This document shows positions 41,605 to 50,423 of a stretch of 64,000 nt of DNA, one piece after another. This DNA comes from an uncultured Pirellulales bacterium. Lineage in GTDB: Bacteria > Planctomycetota > Phycisphaerae > Sedimentisphaerales > Anaerobacaceae. The stretch's first letter is position 1, and each line of letters starts with the position of its first letter. Location: the NCBI GenBank assembly GCA_964612465.1, contig CAZTDF010000001.1, positions 2,660 through 66,659 on the forward strand. Direction: 5' to 3'. Below the pieces are notes generated by a model. The model saw only the letters and a list, made by a program, of their open reading frames with translations. It was not told where the DNA came from and made no database searches. The translations under genes and the position numbers were made by a program.

Positions 41605-43728
41605 ATGGATAATGAAAAACAGTATTTAGAGTTTGTTGGGAATGCATCCGAACGTGCAGGTGCCCTTGCCGGCAAGGTGGCAAGTATTAGCAATAAAATC
41701 GCGAGTCGTGCAACCGGAAGTATCTCAGCGGGAAAAGAAATGCTTGGCTTAGCTGACGAAAAGGTCAAACACAAATCTGAAAAGAAGTCGGACAATACCA
41801 AAACTTCTATACTCAAATCCGACCTTGCCGCAGTCCAACGAAAGTTGACTAACATGGAAAAAACACAATCAAAGCTCGAATCACAGATCAAGAAACTGAA
41901 AACAGAGAATCACTCATTAGTATCCCAGATGGATCAAATGCGAAGTGAACTGAGTGAGACGAAATCCCGCGAAAGTGCGGTAAGGGCACGAGCAGCAGCA
42001 CTGGAATCGGAGCTTGATGATATTAGAAGCCAACTCGAAGAAACACAGAGCAAACCTGCAAAGACAACTGCTGTGGGAGTTGGCCGAAGTAAGCGGGTAG
42101 CCGAGTTGGAATCTGAGCTTGCTGCAACTCAGTGTGAATTGGAAGAGACGCGAAAGAAAGCTGAGCAGGCTCAATCTGAGTTTGCATCGCAACTCGAGGC
42201 TATACAGGTGGAAAACAAATCCTTGAGTTCTGATCTGGAAAAAACTAAAAGTAAAGCAAACCAAGATCAGGCTGACCTCAAGTCTCAAATAAGTAACCTT
42301 CAATCGGAAAATAATTCTTTGAAGTCTGAGCTGGAAAACCAGCGAACTGGGGAAAATAAGATGCTGAATTTAGAAGAGGAATTAAAAACACGGGCAGCCC
42401 AGTTAGAAGCTGACCTTGCCGCAACGCAGAGTGAATTGGCTGAAGCACAAAATCAGGCTGAAAAAGATCAAAATGATATTGCATCGCAACTCAAAGATAT
42501 AAAGGTTGAAAAAGAATCCCTGATTTCGGATTTGGAAAAAACACAGAATAAAGTTAATGAGATAACTTATCGAGAAGAACAAGTGAGCAAACAAGCGGCT
42601 AAGTTAGAATCAGAACTTGCCGCGACACAACAGGAACTGGCCGAAACACAGAATCAGGCTGAATATTCCCAAACTGAACTTATAAAACAACTTCAGAACC
42701 TGCAGGCAGAGAATAAATCTTTGATTTCTGAGCTTAACCAGGCTCGCAAAAAGGCTGACGATGCAGGAATACGAGCCGATTTGATTGAGTCAAAGATAGC
42801 TACATTGGAATCTAATGTCAGCGATGCTCACCTTAAGTCAGAAGAAGAATCAGGTATAGACATCACTTTACCACAAACAGATTATCAGGATGAACCTGCT
42901 GTTGTACCGACTGTGGAAGAAATCAAACCTTTAATTGAATCTGATGTTGTTCAGGACGAGCTCATAAATGCAGACATTGAAAATATTGAAGTGCCGGAAC
43001 CGGAGCCGGAACCGATACTTGAGTCTGATACTGAGATAGATGTTGAAAAAATAGAACCTGAGCTGCTGCCGGAGGTTGAGTTAACAGAGCCAGTGAAAGT
43101 GACAATCGAGGATGTGCAGGCATCTGATTTTAAAAATGAGGCGGAAAGAATAATCTTTACAAAAGCTCTTTCTGATTTTGCCAGCGCCGATACAGCAATC
43201 CGTGTGGATGCAGCTAAAACAATCGGCGGCATTTCTCATGAACTGTCAGCCCGGATCATTGTTGCTCATATAGCCGATGAAAAGTCAGCGGCGGTACGTC
43301 AGGAATGTATCAAGGCATTGTTAACACTTGAAATGGCTGAAGGACTAAGTGCTGTTGAAAGTGCTTTGACAGACGAGACTGCTTCTGTACGTTTAGCTGC
43401 TGTGTGGGGGATATATCGCTTGGCTGGGATCAAGAGTCTGCCGAAACTTTTAGCGATGTTATCTGACGGAGACGTAAGTGTTCGGCGAAGAGCTGTTACA
43501 TGTATCGGCTGGTTAGGCGGACAACTCAAGACCATCGGCGACTCCCGACTTCGTCGAGTTATCTCGGCCTTGATTGAGTGTTTGAACGACTCTGCTGAAT
43601 CAATGAGGAAAGCTACCCTTGATGCCTTACAAGCTGTCACCGGTAAAACTATTTCAATAGGTAAGAGTTCACCCGAGTTTCTGATTGACCAATGGCGTAT
43701 TTGGTGGAAAGAGGAGCTTCTAAGCTAA
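41605..43728 (+). CDS. Large coiled-coil protein with an acidic linker and C-terminal HEAT (PBS-lyase type) repeats
   Basis: About 400 aa of heptad-rich sequence with four copies of the motif LE[SA][ED]L[AD][AD][TI][QR].[EQ]L.E[TA][QR]. Acidic E/P/D linker (VPEPEPEPILESDTEIDVEKIEPELLPEVE). HEAT-like repeats (AIRVDAAKTIGGI, AAVRQECIKALLTL, ASVRLAAVWGIYRL, VSVRRRAVTCIGWLG). Confidence 0.75.
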   Translation: MDNEKQYLEFVGNASERAGALAGKVASISNKIASRATGSISAGKEMLGLADEKVKHKSEKKSDNTKTSILKSDLAAVQRKLTNMEKTQSKLESQIKKLKTENHSLVSQMDQMRSELSETKSRESAVRARAAALESELDDIRSQLEETQSKPAKTTAVGVGRSKRVAELESELAATQCELEETRKKAEQAQSEFASQLEAIQVENKSLSSDLEKTKSKANQDQADLKSQISNLQSENNSLKSELENQRTGENKMLNLEEELKTRAAQLEADLAATQSELAEAQNQAEKDQNDIASQLKDIKVEKESLISDLEKTQNKVNEITYREEQVSKQAAKLESELAATQQELAETQNQAEYSQTELIKQLQNLQAENKSLISELNQARKKADDAGIRADLIESKIATLESNVSDAHLKSEEESGIDITLPQTDYQDEPAVVPTVEEIKPLIESDVVQDELINADIENIEVPEPEPEPILESDTEIDVEKIEPELLPEVELTEPVKVTIEDVQASDFKNEAERIIFTKALSDFASADTAIRVDAAKTIGGISHELSARIIVAHIADEKSAAVRQECIKALLTLEMAEGLSAVESALTDETASVRLAAVWGIYRLAGIKSLPKLLAMLSDGDVSVRRRAVTCIGWLGGQLKTIGDSRLRRVISALIECLNDSAESMRKATLDALQAVTGKTISIGKSSPEFLIDQWRIWWKEELLS

Positions 43729-43734
43729 ACAAAA

Positions 43735-44130
43735 ATGAAGCAACTTGAGAAAAGAAAAAAGACACTTGCCTATCAGGTGCTAAATCTGGAGGGTAAAGCA
43801 TCGCAGATAAACCAGCTATGTGTTGAGTTAGTTAAGTCAATAGGAATCTGCGAAGCTTTTAATGAGTTGTTATCCGACTTATTGGGTTATTTACAATTTA
43901 CCAACACACCGGAGTTTGCCTTTGAGACAGAACTGATGAAGGCTCGCAAGGCCATACATTTTCTACGTAGCCAGACAGAAAACATCCAGGCAAAACTTGG
44001 AAATGCTGCTTCCCTGACAGTTGATATAGGTCTTCATCTTGAATGGTTGCGGGCTGTTAATAAACATCTTTTGGCAATTAAATTTCGCCTTGAAAGTGAG
44101 ATAACAATTTTTAACGTTAGAGAATTTTGA
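43735..44130 (+). CDS. Hypothetical helical protein (131 aa)
   Basis: ORF 6 nt after the previous stop and 4 nt before etfB. No recognisable motif. Confidence 0.5.
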   Translation: MKQLEKRKKTLAYQVLNLEGKASQINQLCVELVKSIGICEAFNELLSDLLGYLQFTNTPEFAFETELMKARKAIHFLRSQTENIQAKLGNAASLTVDIGLHLEWLRAVNKHLLAIKFRLESEITIFNVREF

Positions 44131-44134
44131 GTAG

Positions 44135-44923
44135 ATGATGGATATAATTGTTTGTATTAAACAGGTTCCCGACACCCTTGAGGTAAATATTAACAGGGAT
44201 ACCAATACACTTATTCGCGAAGGCGTAGATAGTGTCATAAATCCTTTTGATTTATATGCTCTCGAAGAGGGTCTGCGTCTCAAGGAACAATATGGCGGAA
44301 TGGTGACAGTTTTATCTATGGGGCCGCCTCAGGCAGTTGAGACTTTACGGCAGGCTTTGAGCTTAGGAGCGGATAATGCTGTTTTGCTTAGCGATATCGG
44401 TTTTGCGGGTTCCGACACACTGGCTACTTCTTATACATTGGCCAAAGCGGTGAAAAAGATAGGCCGCTTCGATTTGGTTTTTTGCGGCAGACAAGCCGTC
44501 GATGGCGATACCGCACACGTTGGGCCTTCACTGGCGGAAAAATTGGGTGTTGGTCATGTCTGTTGTGTTATGAAGATAAGTGAAGTGGGTGATGGCAATA
44601 TGACTGTGGAGCGTATGACCGAAGAAGGTATTGAACGGATAAAGCTTTCACTTCCGGCACTGATTACGGTTTCCAAAGGGATTAACGAGCCGCGGTTTCC
44701 CTCATTGAAATGGAAAGTAAATGCAGCAAGGTCCGAGATTGAAGTCTGGTTTGCTCAGGATATCGGTGCGGACGAAAACAAAATTGGGTTGAAAGGCTCT
44801 CCCACAAGAGTTGTCAAAATGACTACCTCTCAACATAACAGACAAGGTCAGATTCTGGAAGGTTCGACTGCCGAACAGGTAACGGATTTGGTGTCTAAAC
44901 TCCATCAGGCAGAAATATTGTGA
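44135..44923 (+). CDS. etfB: Electron transfer flavoprotein beta subunit (EtfB/FixA)
   Basis: MMDIIVCIKQVPDT... N-terminus. LVFCGRQAVDGDTAHVGP and GINEPRFPSLK strings typical of EtfB. Confidence 0.85.
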   Translation: MMDIIVCIKQVPDTLEVNINRDTNTLIREGVDSVINPFDLYALEEGLRLKEQYGGMVTVLSMGPPQAVETLRQALSLGADNAVLLSDIGFAGSDTLATSYTLAKAVKKIGRFDLVFCGRQAVDGDTAHVGPSLAEKLGVGHVCCVMKISEVGDGNMTVERMTEEGIERIKLSLPALITVSKGINEPRFPSLKWKVNAARSEIEVWFAQDIGADENKIGLKGSPTRVVKMTTSQHNRQGQILEGSTAEQVTDLVSKLHQAEIL

Positions 44924-44934
44924 AGGAGCACAAG

Positions 44935-46194
44935 ATGGGTATACGTATTATTGAGGAGAACTGTAAGGGCTGCAAACTTTGTGTTGCTGCGTGTCCTTTC
45001 GGTGCCATTACCATTACAGAAAAGCTGGCCCGGATTGATATAGCTAAATGCAATCTTTGCGGAGCATGTGTAGATGCCTGTAAAAAGTTCGCAGCTATTG
45101 AGTTGATTCGCGAAGAGACACCGATTATTGACAAGACTCGATATCGAGGTGTTTGGGTATTTGCCGAGCAGAGAGAAGGTCAAATCGCCAATGTTACGCT
45201 TGAGCTTCTCTGTGAGGGCAGGAAATTAGCCGACAAGTTAGGTGAACCTCTTTGTGCGATTTTGTTAGGAGAGGCGGTTGCAAAGGTTGCTCGCGATTTG
45301 GTCTGTTTCGGTGCCGACAAGGTTTATCTGGCTCAGTCGCCGCAATTGGCGGTGTTTATCGAAGAGGCCTTTACAGAAGTAATAACCGGACTGATTAAAG
45401 AGCATAAGCCAAACATTGTTTTACTTGGCGCGACAGCTATCGGGCGTTCATTAGCTCCGAGAGTAGCCAGCCGACTGGAGACCGGATTAACCGCGGACTG
45501 TACAGGCCTTGAGATAGACACTAAAACTAAAAATCTGTTGCAGACAAGGCCGGCCTTTGGCGGCAATCTGATGGCTACTATAGTTTGCCCGAACCACCGT
45601 CCGCAGATGGCAAGTGTGCGTCCGAAAGTTTTCAAACCTGCCCAGCGAGATCAGATGCGTATCGGGAAAATCATCGGATATAATTATAAAGATTATTGCT
45701 TAACTCAAAGAGCCCAACTGCTTGCGGTGGTTAAAGGGGTTGCCGAAGCAGTTAATATAGCTGAAGCTGATGTTATAGTTGCTGGCGGTCGAGGTCTGGG
45801 ATGTGCCGAAAACTTCAAAATTATTGAACGATTGGCGGATGTACTGGACGGTGCAGCAGGAGCTTCCCGTGCGGTTGTAGATGCAGGATGGGTTCCTTAC
45901 GCTCGTCAGATAGGACAAACGGGCAAGACAGTGCGTCCAAAGCTTTATATTGCCTGTGGTATCAGCGGTGCCATTCAGCACCTTGTTGGGATGCAGTCTT
46001 CGGAAACAATCGTAGCTATTAACAAAGACCCAAAGGCGCTGATTTTCAATGTGGCTGACTACTGTATTGTCGGGGATGCACTTGAAGTAGTTCCGGCTTT
46101 AATCAGAGAAGTAGAAAAGATACAACCCCGGGAGCAAGCCGAGCCTGTTGTAACGGATAGCAAATTGGAACATCAGTTTGCTTTGGGCGGTTAA
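44935..46194 (+). CDS. etfA: Electron transfer flavoprotein alpha subunit (EtfA/FixB) with an N-terminal 2x[4Fe-4S] ferredoxin domain
   Basis: Ferredoxin motifs CKGCKLCVAACP and CNLCGACVDAC. The EtfA core has VVAGGRGLG and LYIACGISGAIQHLVGM. ATG 44935 has AAGGAG 6 nt upstream; the track ORF opens at GTG 44920. Confidence 0.85.
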   Translation: MGIRIIEENCKGCKLCVAACPFGAITITEKLARIDIAKCNLCGACVDACKKFAAIELIREETPIIDKTRYRGVWVFAEQREGQIANVTLELLCEGRKLADKLGEPLCAILLGEAVAKVARDLVCFGADKVYLAQSPQLAVFIEEAFTEVITGLIKEHKPNIVLLGATAIGRSLAPRVASRLETGLTADCTGLEIDTKTKNLLQTRPAFGGNLMATIVCPNHRPQMASVRPKVFKPAQRDQMRIGKIIGYNYKDYCLTQRAQLLAVVKGVAEAVNIAEADVIVAGGRGLGCAENFKIIERLADVLDGAAGASRAVVDAGWVPYARQIGQTGKTVRPKLYIACGISGAIQHLVGMQSSETIVAINKDPKALIFNVADYCIVGDALEVVPALIREVEKIQPREQAEPVVTDSKLEHQFALGG

Positions 46195-46237
46195 GTAATC
46201 TGCGTATAAATTTTATTGTAGGAGGATTATTTCTGCC

Positions 46238-46852
46238 GTGCTAAAAGAAACCATAACTAAAAATAAGATCGAGTTGCGGAAGGATTGTCTGACAACGACT
46301 GAACTTGCAAAACTCTGCGGTGTTTCTCGTTTTACTATTATCAATTGGGTTAACCGAGGCAAAATTAGAACAATGAAAACTGTCGGAGGCCATTGCAGGA
46401 TTCCGGTATCCGAAGCAATCGCTTTTTATGAGACTTTTCATGAAGAAAAGACTGGCTTTATATCTGAATCATTGTGCCATTGCTGGGAATATCCACAAAA
46501 GGCCAAGTGCAATAAAGAGTGTAAAGACTGCCTGCTATATAAAAGCCGGATTAATTACTGCTTCGTGGTGGTACGCGAATTTGGCAAAGAAGTGGTCCAT
46601 TGTAAAGGTGATTGTTTGAATTGTGATTATTTTGAAGAGTTTTTCAGTTCTTACAGCAAAATCGAGCAGCTAAACGAGACGGAAGATGGCGAAAGTAAAA
46701 AAAGAGCCAAAGACAAGAAAAGCTTTCTGTATAGTGTCGTATACGGTGTTGGGCGCGGCGTCCAGGAAGTAAAGGAAAGAGTCACGGATATTAAAGAGGT
46801 GTTTGGAGGCAGAGGCTCTCGAACCAAACAGATGGAAGATAGCGATGTCTAA
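46238..46852 (+). CDS. HTH (excisionase/MerR type) + 8-Cys domain transcription factor; short paralog of 36906..38372
   Basis: TTTELAKLCGVSRFTIINWVNRGKIRTMKTVGGHCRIPVSEAIAFY, then CHCWEYPQKAKCNKECKDCLLYKSRINYCFVVVREFGKEVVHCKGDCLNCDYFEEFF. Collinear with the N-terminal 150 aa of the NTase-HEPN fusion. Confidence 0.75.
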   Translation: MLKETITKNKIELRKDCLTTTELAKLCGVSRFTIINWVNRGKIRTMKTVGGHCRIPVSEAIAFYETFHEEKTGFISESLCHCWEYPQKAKCNKECKDCLLYKSRINYCFVVVREFGKEVVHCKGDCLNCDYFEEFFSSYSKIEQLNETEDGESKKRAKDKKSFLYSVVYGVGRGVQEVKERVTDIKEVFGGRGSRTKQMEDSDV

Positions 46853-48158
46853 GTGTGAAGTGGTTATTGTTGGGGCGGGGCCGGCGGGAATTGCCTGTGG
46901 GTATGTCCTTGCCAAAGCAGGTGTGGATGTTGTCATTCTCGAAAGGGGACAGTATCCCGGTGCTAAAAATATGTTTGGTGGGACATTTTTTGCCGACCAG
47001 ATGTGCGAATTGATTCCTGAATTTTATACCGAAGCACCGGTCGAAAGATTTATAGCCAAAAAGCGCTATGCATTGCTGATAAATAATTCAGAAGTTTCTT
47101 TGAATATCGACGCAGAAGAACATAAAAAGTCGCCCTACAATCATTCATTTATCGTCAGACGTTCTGTTTTTGATAAATGGTTTGCTAAAAAGGCAGAAGA
47201 ACAGGGAGCTACAATTATCTGCGGCACCGCGGTAACAGATTTTGTATGGGACGGCAAAAGAATTGTCGGTGTAACTGCCGGTACTGCCGATGACCAGGAC
47301 AATGTCTTGTTAGCCGATGTGGTGGTCTGTGCTGAGGGGGCCAATTCCATGCTCTCGGAAAAGACGGGGCTTCGCAACAGGTTATCGATGCGTGCTCGAT
47401 GTATTTCTGTTAAGGAAGTGATAGAACTGGGGAAAGACGTAATTGACGAAAGATTCGGATTAACAGCCAGAGAAGGTGCGGCATACGAGTATTTTGCCGA
47501 TGCCACACCTGGTATGTTAGGTGATGGTTTTATCTATACTAACATGAATTCGTTGTCGGTAGGTGTCGGCGTTATTATCAGTGAGTTATATGGACGCAAA
47601 AACCCTCCTTCGCCAAACCAGCTGCTGGACAGATTTAAGAGTCATCCGTGTATTTGGCCTTTAATAAAGGGCGGCAAAACGCTGGAATATTCAGCTCACA
47701 TGATTCCGATGGACGGCTATAAAAATCTACCGAGCTTTTATACCGATGGTCTTATGCTGGTCGGCGATGCTGCTGGATTTGTTAATAACAGCATATGCCA
47801 CGAGGGTGTGAACATGGCTATGGCTTCAGGGATGATGGCTGCTGAGACAATATTGGAAAACAGGGGCCAAAGGCGATACGATACCAAGGCACTTCGGCAG
47901 TACGAACGACGACTGAAGAATTCTTTTGTCCTTCAAAATATGAAAAGCAGCAGGGATTTCATCGACATACTGCGTACGCACAAAGAGCTGCTCAACGACT
48001 ATCCACACCTTATAAAAGAGGTGATAACGAAATATTTTGAGGTGAGTGATGTCCCCAAAAGTGCCGTTAAGCGAGATATTGTTCGTATGATACGCGGCCG
48101 AGTAAGTTTAGTTAAAGCTGCCAAGACAGTCATGGCATTGGTGAAGGGCGGAATCTGA
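46845..48158 (+). CDS. fixC: FixC/EtfC-type FAD-dependent ETF:quinone oxidoreductase-like protein
   Basis: Rossmann motif VVIVGAGPAGIACGYVLAKAG immediately after ATG 46845. This start overlaps the regulator stop by 8 nt; the track start at 46803 was rejected. LVGDAAGFVN near the C-terminus. Confidence 0.85.
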   Translation: MSKCEVVIVGAGPAGIACGYVLAKAGVDVVILERGQYPGAKNMFGGTFFADQMCELIPEFYTEAPVERFIAKKRYALLINNSEVSLNIDAEEHKKSPYNHSFIVRRSVFDKWFAKKAEEQGATIICGTAVTDFVWDGKRIVGVTAGTADDQDNVLLADVVVCAEGANSMLSEKTGLRNRLSMRARCISVKEVIELGKDVIDERFGLTAREGAAYEYFADATPGMLGDGFIYTNMNSLSVGVGVIISELYGRKNPPSPNQLLDRFKSHPCIWPLIKGGKTLEYSAHMIPMDGYKNLPSFYTDGLMLVGDAAGFVNNSICHEGVNMAMASGMMAAETILENRGQRRYDTKALRQYERRLKNSFVLQNMKSSRDFIDILRTHKELLNDYPHLIKEVITKYFEVSDVPKSAVKRDIVRMIRGRVSLVKAAKTVMALVKGGI

Positions 48159-48159
48159 T

Positions 48160-48453
48160 ATGGCGACGGCAGAAAAAAACCAACTTAGTCTGAATGATAA
48201 GCTTTTTACTGTTCGCAGAAAGCCGCTCAAAGAATCACATATCAGGCTCGATAAACAGTTGTGTAAAAAGTGTCTCAATAGAATATGCACATATATATGC
48301 CCGGCAGAGGTTTATATTTGGAGTGAATCCAAAAACGAAATTGATATAAGATATGAAAACTGTCTCGAATGCGGCGCCTGTCGCGTAGCGTGTGACAGCA
48401 TAGAATGGGCAAATCCTGTATGGGGAACAGGGATTGCATATAAGAACAGTTAA
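48160..48453 (+). CDS. fixX: FixX/EtfX ferredoxin-like protein
   Basis: 97 aa. CKKCLNRICTYICPAEV and CLECGACRVACD. Starts 1 nt after fixC. Confidence 0.85.
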   Translation: MATAEKNQLSLNDKLFTVRRKPLKESHIRLDKQLCKKCLNRICTYICPAEVYIWSESKNEIDIRYENCLECGACRVACDSIEWANPVWGTGIAYKNS

Positions 48454-48486
48454 TATAAAAACAAAAAGAGGTTAGGTGAAATTGAT

Positions 48487-49179
48487 ATGCTGACAGGACT
48501 TTATACTATATCCGGCTTTGCGGTTGTTTTTTTTGTTGTTTACGGCTTATACGCTCATATCAAGGTTAATCGGCTATATGAAAGATATTCGAAGGAACCT
48601 GTTAAAAAAGGGATTACAGGCAGTCGTCTTGCCAGGACTATGCTCAATTCCGCTGGTTTCAACGAGGTCGTTATCGAAGAGGTTGGGGGTGCTCTCAGTG
48701 ACCATTATGACCCACGCCAAAATGTTGTCAGGCTTTCCCGGCATGTTGCGAGAAACTCCTCTATTGCTGCGATAGGAATCGCCGCACATGAAGCGTCGCA
48801 CGCAATACAGCACGGCAACAACTATCCGCCGGCAAAGTTCAGAAATAATATCGCCCCAATTGTGGAAAAGGCAGGATACTTCATATTGCCGCTTTTGTTT
48901 TTAGGGATAGTGTTGTCCAGGGTCGCCCTGGCATCGTTTTTTATAAACATAGCGTTGCTTTTATTCCTTGCCATAGTCGTTTTTTACCTTGTTACTCTGC
49001 CTGTAGAATTGGAAGCCTCAGCCAGAGCTATGCGATATATCAAAGAGAACAATGTAGCCGACGAGAAGGAGCTTGAAGGTGTCAAAAAGGTGCTCAATGC
49101 CGCAGCACTTACCTACATAATTGCGACGGCCCTTGCCATAGTGCAGTTCCTCAGCCTCCTGGGGATGAAAAGGAAATGA
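48487..49179 (+). CDS. Membrane zinc metallopeptidase (YugP / Zn_peptidase_2-like)
   Basis: HExxH motif in AAHEASHAIQH. N-terminal TM helix and two C-terminal TM helices. 230 aa. Confidence 0.75.
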   Translation: MLTGLYTISGFAVVFFVVYGLYAHIKVNRLYERYSKEPVKKGITGSRLARTMLNSAGFNEVVIEEVGGALSDHYDPRQNVVRLSRHVARNSSIAAIGIAAHEASHAIQHGNNYPPAKFRNNIAPIVEKAGYFILPLLFLGIVLSRVALASFFINIALLLFLAIVVFYLVTLPVELEASARAMRYIKENNVADEKELEGVKKVLNAAALTYIIATALAIVQFLSLLGMKRK

Positions 49180-49269
49180 TAAAACAATGAATCAAGATCA
49201 AAGTCTATCATTCCCGCGAACGCAGGAATCTATTATATTTCAATAAAGTTTAAAGAAAGGAGTTATCGT

Positions 49270-49401
49270 ATGACACTCGGACAATTATTACTTTTAGTGC
49301 TGATCGTTGCAGTATTCTGGATCGCAAGCAAACTGAAAAAACATGACCAAAAAATCGATAAACTGGAAGGCAAGCTTGAAGGCAAGAACGAAAATGAATA
49401 G
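49270..49401 (+). CDS. Small single-TM protein (43 aa), below the ORF-track cut-off
   Basis: Strong RBS AAGGAG 7 nt upstream of ATG 49270. MTLGQLLLLVLIVAVFWIASKLKKHDQKIDKLEGKLEGKNENE, stop TAG 49399-49401. Confidence 0.5.
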   Translation: MTLGQLLLLVLIVAVFWIASKLKKHDQKIDKLEGKLEGKNENE

Positions 49402-49412
49402 GGGTAAAAGCC

Positions 49413-50408
49413 TTGAGGGTTGATAAAAAACAGGTCGGTAAAAGTTCGAAGCGATACTACTGGTTGGCTTTTGTTATCGGCGGGATGACGGCTGCTTTAA
49501 TGGGTTGTTTAGTATATTCGTACGTAACCAAAGGTAACCACAGTCTTTTGAGTAGTGCTGTCGGTAATCCCAAGGCGGATGAAGCGAACGTTCGGACTGA
49601 CCCGACGGAGGAGAAGTCTGTTTCGCCATCCGCTTTTCTCGGAGTAGAGATTATGTCTGTGAATGCGGTTATTGCTGAGCAGTTTGGCCTGTCGAATCCG
49701 TGCGGTGTTCTTGTAAACAGCGTTGTTGACGGCTCACCAGCTCAAGAGTCGGGACTTCGAAGAAGTGATGTTATTCTATCCCTGAATAGCATTGCAGTTG
49801 AGGACGTAAACAGCTTCAGAAGTATTATGAGCACTCTAAATCCCGGTGACAATGTGAAAATTGTGTACATAAGAAACAGGCAAAAAGATACAGTCTATGC
49901 CACATTAGCCGACTCATCCGCCGTTCTGAATGTCGCGAAAGATACAAGTGGTTCTGACTGGGGTGTATTGCTGTCTGTTCTCAATTCGGATTTGCGCAGT
50001 TCGCTGCGTATTCCGGCCAATATCGATGGGATTGTGATTCTGTCGGTAACACCAGGTGGCCTGGCGGATCAGGCTGGTTTGCTGCCCGGCGATGTGATTA
50101 CCGGGATTAACAATACGCCAATTGCAGATATGGGCGACTTCTTCGGTGCATTGTCGTCAGACAAAGACGACAAAGTACTTCTGGATGTTTACAGTCAGGG
50201 CACATTACGTTATGTGGCGTTGGATTCATCCGGTGTCGTCACAGCGGTTGCCAGTACACAGACAAGTCTGCTGGACAGAATACTTTCGGCATTTACTGAC
50301 AACGATAACGTCATACTTACCGAACATACAAATGAAGAGGATGATTATGAAAAGCCGGTATGCAAACGGCTCGAGGAATCAGGGGAACGTTATGAAGATG
50401 AAGACTGA
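49413..50408 (+). CDS. Membrane-anchored double-PDZ protein (the PDZ half of a split HtrA; MamP/MamE-C-terminal-like but without heme motifs)
   Basis: TTG start, TM helix YYWLAFVIGGMTAALMGCLVY. PDZ1: GVLVNSVVDGSPAQESGLRRSDVILSLN. PDZ2: GIVILSVTPGGLADQAGLLPGDVITGIN. No CXXCH. Confidence 0.75.
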   Translation: MRVDKKQVGKSSKRYYWLAFVIGGMTAALMGCLVYSYVTKGNHSLLSSAVGNPKADEANVRTDPTEEKSVSPSAFLGVEIMSVNAVIAEQFGLSNPCGVLVNSVVDGSPAQESGLRRSDVILSLNSIAVEDVNSFRSIMSTLNPGDNVKIVYIRNRQKDTVYATLADSSAVLNVAKDTSGSDWGVLLSVLNSDLRSSLRIPANIDGIVILSVTPGGLADQAGLLPGDVITGINNTPIADMGDFFGALSSDKDDKVLLDVYSQGTLRYVALDSSGVVTAVASTQTSLLDRILSAFTDNDNVILTEHTNEEDDYEKPVCKRLEESGERYEDED

Positions 50409-50423
50409 TAAAAAGGTGTGCAG

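Noticed and set aside
46803-46844. Track start at 46803 for the FixC-like gene.
   Set aside because: The Rossmann GxGxxG motif follows immediately after ATG 46845, which is the normal position in FixC proteins. The extra 14 codons would overlap the regulator gene by 50 nt.
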